Shown here one piece after another: positions 30,401 through 39,051 of a stretch of DNA of 64,000 nt. Source of the stretch: Octopus sinensis (taxonomy: Eukaryota); contig NC_042997.1 in NCBI RefSeq assembly GCF_006345805.1, forward strand, positions 15,004,001-15,068,000, written 5' to 3'. The position numbers and the translations under genes are program-made. The notes under the pieces are model-generated. The model was given only the letters and a program-made list of their open reading frames with translations. It was not told the DNA's origin and searched no databases. The first letter of the stretch is position 1. Each line of letters opens with the position of its first letter.

Positions 30401-33400
30401 TTATGATGTCTGGGTTGATGGCATAATGCTGTAAGCAAGTTTTAAACTCTTGTCTACATAATTAAAAGTTCAACACCTAAAGTGACCACTCCTGTAATTT
30501 TTTTTAAAAAAAGAATCATCTGGTTGAGCTTTCTTGGATTAATCTTTCATTGGCACGTAAAAGCACCATCCATTCATGGCCGTTGCCAGCCTCGCCTGGC
30601 CCCCCATGCCGGTGGCACGTAAAAAGCACCATCCGATTGTGGCCGTTGCCAGCCTCGCCTGGCCCCTGTGCCGGTGGCACGTAAAAAGCACCATCCGTCC
30701 GTGGCTGTTTGCCAACTCCGTCTGGCTCCTGTGCGGGTGGCACGTAAAAAGCACCCACTACACTCACGGAGTGGTTGGCGTTAGGAAGGGCATCCAGCCG
30801 TAGAAACACTGCCAGATCAGACTGGGCCTGATGCAGCCTTCTGGCTTCACAGACCCCAGTTGAACCATCCAACCCATGCTAGCATGGAAAGCGGACGCTA
30901 AATGATGATGATGATTGCTAGGTTTAAACACATTAGCAATGATACGCTTTGCAAACTTGGTGATCCTGGCCATTTACTGTATTGTATGAGTAGTGCTATT
31001 GGCCAGTGGATGACTCTTTCACATAAAATTACACATCTATCATATTGCTTCCCATGGCTTCACCTGTAATCCCCGACTGAGTGGTTGTCAGGTGCTATCC
31101 CTTGCTGAAAGGCAACTCCTGTTAAATCCAGGAGAGCTTATTTCCATACTTGCCTCTAATCCTGTTATCTAGAGGCCATTCTCCTATCAGTTACCTTGGG
31201 ACCTGTCAGAGAGGAGTTCTCTCTCCTGATCCAATTAAAAAAAAATTTAATATTTTTTTTTTTATGGATAAGCTGTAACAGAGATATCTCTGAATGATGT
31301 GGAACATCACCTAGCTAGAAGATAAGTACAATTTCATTTTACATTAAAACCTCAGATGGTATTTGGATAGATATAGTTCCTTAAAACTCTTGTTCCTAAA
31401 ATCACCAATTAACCCTTTTGGTACAAATCCTTCTGAAACCACCCCCTGCTTCTCTAATACCAATTTTTTGTTTTAAAAAATCTTATTGAAAACCTTCTAA
31501 ATTTCATGTAAATTTATTTACATTGCAAACACCAGCTAAAGACTGATAAAGTCATTTTCGAAATATATTAAAATATAAAATCCGTTCTGTCTGTCTGTGT
31601 GTGTGTCTTCTAGGATCTCAGGCATCCTCCATCCGATTGCGTTCAAATTTGATATGTAGATACCGACGGTATCATGGCGTGTATAAGTCTTGAAAATATT
31701 ACAAAACTCGATTCCAGGTGAGAATGTGATCGATAAAGCCGTGAGAACGTGCATTTGTACGCGCAAGTACATCAGCTGTTGCAATCGATACTATGCGTAC
31801 GCGAGAAAAATGCACATGCAGTTTGTGCAAAAAAGCTAGCTGGCTTGAAATAATGCCACAAAAAATCAGTATATTTGAGAGACCAAAAAAGTAAGATGCA
31901 AATAAATAAGACCAATAGTAATTAAAACCAAAATTTGCAGGTTCACAATTTTTAAACTGGTATGAGATATCAAGCAAAAAAGAAAAATCTCACTTTGCGG
32001 GAGATTTTTTTCCCCTCTTACTTAACTTTCCCTTCAGTTGTAATAATTTCTGAAACAGTAATTAAGTCTTTGAGTCAGAGGGAAAGAAAATTTGGTAATT
32101 GAATTGATAATGCTGACCAGAAAACATTAGTTACATAGATTCAAAATAGAATTTCTAACCAAAATCTGTTTCAAGATATATCTCACGGATCTCTGGGATG
32201 TCATCAATAATGTTTCTTGAGTCTCGGGGGGGTTTCAGATCTTTAATGTCAGAGGGCAGAGCCTTTCATCCAGTTGATCCACCAGAAGTTGATCAAGTCC
32301 TCACTGGCATCCCAGTGGCAGCAAAGCACTGATCTGCCCACTTTATCTAAAGCCAATTAGTGGCCTTCTCTACACCTTCAGCATGGAAGTTATGACCCTC
32401 CTCTCTGCTGTGCCAATCAGAGCTTTGCAGAATGAATGCACCTACAAAACCCCTGCAGCCCACCTCAGTTGGCTTGCAACATGCCTTCTAACCCCATTTT
32501 CTGCACTGCTCTACCAGCCTCTGGTATATGGCAAGTTTCCTCTCATGAGCCTCTATATGTTCCTCCCAGGGCACAGTCAGTCTTCACATGGCCACCTAAC
32601 CTAAAACCCCACTGATGACCATTTTGTGTACTCCGGTGTTATAGTCAATATTTTCATTATTGCTAACAATTCTAACATATACAAAATTTCCAAATATTTC
32701 GGTCTTCTTGTATGACTTACTATGCTAATTCTAATGTCTACACTATCCCTTCCATTTTATTTTTCATGTTTGTGGCTCTCTGTACTGATAGGAAACATTC
32801 TCAATGCACCTAAAAAAAAAATTACCGTATTTTCACTATTTAATTTTTCTTTTATTCTTTTACTTGTTTTAGTCATTTGACTGTGGCTATCCTGGAGCAC
32901 CACCTTGAAGGGTTTTAGTTGAACAAATCAACCCCAGGACTTATTTCTTAACCCTTTAGTGTTCAGATTATTCTATCAAACATAATGCTTATTGATTCCC
33001 ATTGATTTGAATTAGTCATGCATTATCTCATATCTTCAAGATCTTGATGGTGTAATTACTTAATGTAGAATAACATTGTAGGGTAGGTGTGAGAGCCTGG
33101 ATCTGGTCAGTTTGAACATAAAACAGATTAACTATTTTGGCCGGATATGGCCGGTTTAAATACTAAAGGGTTAAGCCTAGTACTAATTCTATTAGTCTGT
33201 TTTGCTGAACCGCTGAGTTACTGGGACGTAAACGCACCAACACTAATTGTCAAGTGGTGACGGAACAAACACAGATGGGCTTCTTTCAGTTTCTGTCTAC
33301 CAAATCCATTCACAAGGCTTTGGTTGACCCAAGGCTAAAGTAAAAGACAGTTGCCCAAGGTGTCACACAATGGGACTGAACCTGGAACAGTGTGGTTGGG

Positions 33401-36400
33401 AAGCAAGATTCTTACCACACAGCCATGCCTGTGCCTTTATGTATTAATTTAATTATTAATAGTAATTCTAATGTATGCAAAGTCTCCAAATATTTCATTG
33501 TCTATGAATGGCAGTCTCTTTAATGCCAGTGACATAATAAAATGCACCCAATCCACACTTTATGGTGTGTTTGGTGATATGAAGGCCAGCTCACTGTAAA
33601 AGCCATGCCAAAGAAGAAGGAATAAAGGTGACATAGGATAGTGGGGACATTTAGTCTTGTTGGAGACAACCCCTCTAGTGTTAAGATTGCAAAAACTGCA
33701 TCTGATCTGCTATAAAATTCTTGGTAGGATGACAGACATCCACCCTTAAAAACCATGCAGAAATATTCTTTTCTACTCTAGGCACAAGGCCCAAAACTTT
33801 GGGGGGCAGGGGGCCAGTCGATTAAATCAACCCGAGTATGCAACTGGTACTTAATTTATTGATCCCGAAAGGATGAAAGGCAAAAGTTGACCTCGGTGGA
33901 ATTTGAACTCAGAACGTAAAGACAGACAAAATACTGCTGAGCATTTCGCCCGGCATGCTAACGTTTCTGCCAGCTTGCCACCTTACCATGCAGAAATATT
34001 AGCACAGTAACAAAGATAGCTGGGTTTTCTTTGTAGCTGCACATGCCAAATAACAAAGATAGTGAACAAGTGACAAGACACTGCGCGACCTATCCAACCC
34101 ATACCAACATTGGAAAAAAATGGACATGATAGGAAGATGATGTTCAAAATAAACCTTAAAGTTGCTTTATTTGTAAATATTTTAAGATAGAGTTTATACA
34201 CATGATTTTAAAATGTAGAAGGTTGGTCATTATGTTGCATTTTAAAAAAAATTTATTTATTTATAGAACAAAGCTTTCTTTATGCTGTGTGTTGTTGCTT
34301 TCATGTATTGAGTGGTCTTAGTCCTTTCCATTAAATCCCACATGTGGGGAAATAGATGCTAAAGTATTATGGAACAATTCACAGATTGTTGCAACATACA
34401 ATGTTTTTGTCATTTTTGGTTGTTGTTCTTTTTTTTATGTTAAAAACTTTTGTTTCAGATCTGAATAGATGTGAAGTATTATTTACTTATTTGCATGGCT
34501 TTTGTTCTTGTAGCAGCAGCACAGCAGAAACTGTGAGTGGAGACCAGAAGTATGCGATAGATGTTTCGAAGGGAAGATTCCTATGTGTGAAGTAAGTAAA
34601 GTAAAGAAAATTGTGATGGTGCAATGAATTTTTTTATTTTTTTAACTTGTTTCAATTCAGTTTAATCCCTGTTGTTGTCAAATATCAAACTAGATAACTT
34701 CATACTAAACCGTTTGCTGTCTGAGTTCAATTCATACAAGCTAGTGTGATTTGATTCAGATTGTAGAAAATCTGGAAATAGTTTTCATTTAAATTGATAA
34801 TACTTACACAAAGCTGGTGCAAGTTACATAACACAGCATGCTTCCCATAAACTTGTCTGGATTTTCATGTCATTGTCTCCATTGCCATGTTGACACTACT
34901 TTGTTTCGCAGACAGTTGTCCATCGTTCTTCTTAATTCCAAGGGAAATCATAATTGTAACATAATGTTTTCAGTCACACAACTTAACAAAATTTCATATT
35001 TATTTGCAAATTATGTTTACCAGGTTCAATTCTTAACCCTTTCGTTACCAACCCGGCTGAAACCGGCTCTGTAGTACAAATGTCTTGTTTTCATAAGTTT
35101 TGAATTAAAATCTTCCACCAAACCTTAGTCACAGTTTATGTTCCTAACACTAGCTGAATGATAACTAAGTTATTTTACTAACTTCTTTGTCATATTTAAA
35201 ATTAATCGAAAGAAACACAGAGCATCTCAAAATAAATACAGTAACGAAAGGGTTAATGTTTAATTTCTTCATTATTCCACTCTGTTATTTCATTCTGCAT
35301 TGACTATTCCTCCCTTTTATATTCAGTTTTACTCTGTTATAGTATAAATATTGCTAAATATATGTATAAGGAAGAGCTCATATTTTTATGAAATATTTGC
35401 CTAGGTTCATTAAACGTATTGCATGATCACATTAGAATTTGAAGATTATTTTAAAAAGTATTGCGTTGGACTTATGCAGGTTTTAGATATATTTAATATG
35501 TACATAAAGAGATAGTTATGTATCCTAGGGAGAGGTCAAAATGAAATTCATAACAAATAATTTTCTTATTAATGCAAATGTATAAACCTTAAAAAATCTC
35601 TAAATCAGTGATTCCTTTGGATTTACTGTCGGTTTATAAAATAAGATTGTAGTCTAAAATTAACCCAACTTTTGGATATACTCTAGGCATATGGCATTGT
35701 GGATATAGTGTTACTGTCATAAGGTTGTGGATTCATTTCGAGAGCCTGGTGGTACTTCATGTCACTCAGTTAAAAATAAGTACCAGCTAAGTACTATGCA
35801 GCCTTCTCCAACCATCATATCCTTGATGTCTAACTGGGTCAAAAGTGAGAGGACAAATGTCTCAGTCTACTCAAGTCCAAATAAGCACTTAAAAAATTAT
35901 TTATACATGCTACCAAGTCATACTTGCTTCAGGGTGGTGGGTGTGGTTTTTATGTCTCCTGACATAGAGTAGAAAAATTAGCATATGATTCTATTAAATA
36001 GAATATTAAATTCATAAAGATATAATGTGACAAAGAGTTGAGGCTATTCTTACACTTCTAATTTTCGGATCATGAACAACATTATATTGTCTTTTATGTG
36101 CAGTTGTTAATATCCTATTTGTTAATTTAAAATTAACGAAGGTATTTAACTTTCAAAATCTCTGATTCATTATGAAGAATGATCTTTAAAAAATATCTAC
36201 CCTTTGCAAATATGAAAATGTATGTGTGAAAAATGAATCTGGCTTAAAATTACTGTGATAAAAAAAAAGATTATATTATCTTGGCATTTTAGTAACATGA
36301 CAGAATTGGAAGAGCAACAATATTGTATGTGCTATTTAATTATGATGCATAGCTGTCATTAACTTTAACTTCATTTTACGTATTTACTAGATGGAGAACC

Positions 36401-39001
36401 ATAAGAAAGATTGCCCCTATCCTGTTGATTGTCCTCTTAACTGCGGTGTAAAGGTTTGTATTGTTTACATTTATGATTGTCATATAACACAGATTTATCA
36501 TTTTAACTAGCATTAACATGCAATGTAATGAAGCATTCAAACTGCTTTTTAACTTTATAGTGTAGATTGTATTGTAAATACACACTCTACAGGTTGCAAT
36601 TATATTTTCAAAGTTTGTTTTCTTTTCTTTTACCGTTATTTTGATTCTTCTGTCACTCTGCTGATAAAGTTGCTTTCTTTGGCTTCTGACAGAATTACAA
36701 ACTAGTGCACAATTTTCTCATTTTTATTGTATAATTTCTGAAGTTGTATAATTTTGAAATCCAGAATGCATGGGGACATGTAACATGAAATTAAATTTTT
36801 ACGTCTTGTATTGTGTATCATAAATATATTTTAAGTAATATTTCCACTTATATGATATCACTTATATGATATAGATTTGTTAAGCATGATATTTAAATTG
36901 ATAATTGTTTAACTCATCTTCTTTTGTCAAAAAGATTTTTGGGAGACATTTTCTTTAAAATATTGGGTTAGTGCATAACTAATGACCCCTTTTTTTAATT
37001 CTAAATTTATTCAAAAATAAAACACCAAAATAAAATAAAAGTTAATTAAATGGCGGTGCCCCAGCATGGCTACAGCTCATGAGCTGAAACTAGAATCAAT
37101 CAATCAGTCAATCAATTATGCACCAACCCAATATAATTATTTCAAATTTTTGCCACAAAGGCAGCTTGGAGAGGTGGGACGAACCCAAGATAATACCTAC
37201 CATTTGACAAAACAATGTACTTATTAACAATCTGAGATGTGTAAGTTGAATAATAAAATAATGAAGATGCAGAGCTTCTTACAATGCAAAAAGAGAAAGT
37301 TTAGTAACCTTTATGTATTTCAGGCTTTCTTAACTCCATTCATTTCTGATAATGGGCCTTTGTGCCTAAAATATATAAAAGTTACTAAACTTTCCCTTTT
37401 AGCATTGTAAGACACTGTCTGTCTTCCTTATTTTGTTATTTTACCTCTGTATCACAATGCTTCAAGCAAACTACAAGTTTTCCTTCATGTGTATATATAT
37501 ATATATATATAAAAAATAATATAAATTGAAGGAACAAGAGAGAGCCTTCAATTTATTTAATCCTTGTTGTGAATAATTTTTTTTCTTCCTTTTATTAATT
37601 ACACATTAACTTATTGAAGTAAAACACCAAACATGTACATGTTGTCAAAACTCTGTCTGTTGTATACCTATAGAAATTGTGTGATTTACAATTCGACATG
37701 GTTTATATTTGCCACTGCAAGCACATTTGTTCATTAGTTTTCATATTGTTCCAGATATTTTGGGTCAAAAATAAAAGAAAAGAAATTCTTCATTACTCTC
37801 ATAATGAATTTTTTTCTTTTTCCTCATTACTTCAAATGAGTGAAATTTAAATCAAGAGATTTAGTCTATTCCTTCAAATCAAGTAGTGAGGATCTGCAGC
37901 TCCTCTTTTATAGTCCATTATACTTTCAGTTTTATTTATCAAAGAAGGCTGTGTCCTTAATACATTTTTAATTCTTAAATGAGTCTGCTGCTTGATTTAA
38001 AATGTATGAAAGCTTGATGCAACATTGAGATCAAGGAATTCATACTTTAATTTACATTGCAATTATTTTATTTCAAAACTTTTTTTATATATAAACTGAA
38101 GAGGTAAAAAAACTGAATTAGAGCAAAATAGTTTTAGTAATAAGCGATGCTTACATTCTGCAGACATAAGTGTTTTTGTGTGGGTAGATGGCTGTGTACA
38201 TGTATGTTTGTATAGATGCGTGCATATAGAAATGTGTTTACATTAATTTGACACTTAAATGTTTTCTTAAAGTATCACTTATAAAATAAACCTTTGACAT
38301 CACATATCCTATATTATTGCGACCTTATTTTACTGATGCAAGTACAGCTGAATGAGTAAAAAAATTGCTTTGCAATAATTATGAGGTCCTGGGTTCAGTA
38401 CCACTATGTGACATCTTGGACCAGTGAATATATGTATATAGATGTAGTCATGATCAAGTGGTTTTAGAATTTTACAATCTTGAGAACACAGGTGCATTCC
38501 TATTGCATGGCATATTGGTTGGGCAAATGTTTTTTTTTACCATAGCATCAAGTCATATGAAACTTTGTGAGTAAAACTGGGTAAAAAGAACTTGAAAGCC
38601 TTGTCACACACAATTACATTAATTCTGCTTAAGAATTGAATTAAAGATATAAGTGTCTGAGGGATATTAAGCCACTTGTGCTGTAATTCAGTGAATAGAG
38701 GGTTGTGTTCATCAAACAACTGAGAAATACTCATTGTTGAAATTGACAGAAAACCATTTAGTTCTATTAAACAATTATTTTATTCATGAAACAAAACAAC
38801 TCTCTTTACTCTCTTTTACTTGTTTCAGTCATTTGACTGCGGCCATGCTGGAGCACCGCCTTTAGTCGAGCAAATCGACCCCAGGACTTATTCTTTGTGA
38901 GCCTAGTACTTATTCTATCGGTCTCTTTTGCCGAACCACTAAGTTATGGGGACATAAACACACCAGCATCAGTTAAGCGATGTTGGGGGGAACAAACACA
39001 G

Positions 39002-39051
<50 letters not shown>

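Noticed and set aside
32200-32620. GC-richer segment (and 31000-31230) suggesting coding origin
   Set aside because: No intact ORF or motif I can identify; probably decayed retroelement sequence, left uncalled.
34356-34595. 79-aa ORF from the track
   Set aside because: Wrong frame; the real exon 34514-34591 is read in another frame.
38546-38566. Possible 21-nt micro-exon in TRAF intron 5 (accatAG...GTGAGT)
   Set aside because: It contains an in-frame TGA in phase 0 and has no zinc-finger residues; no support without transcripts.
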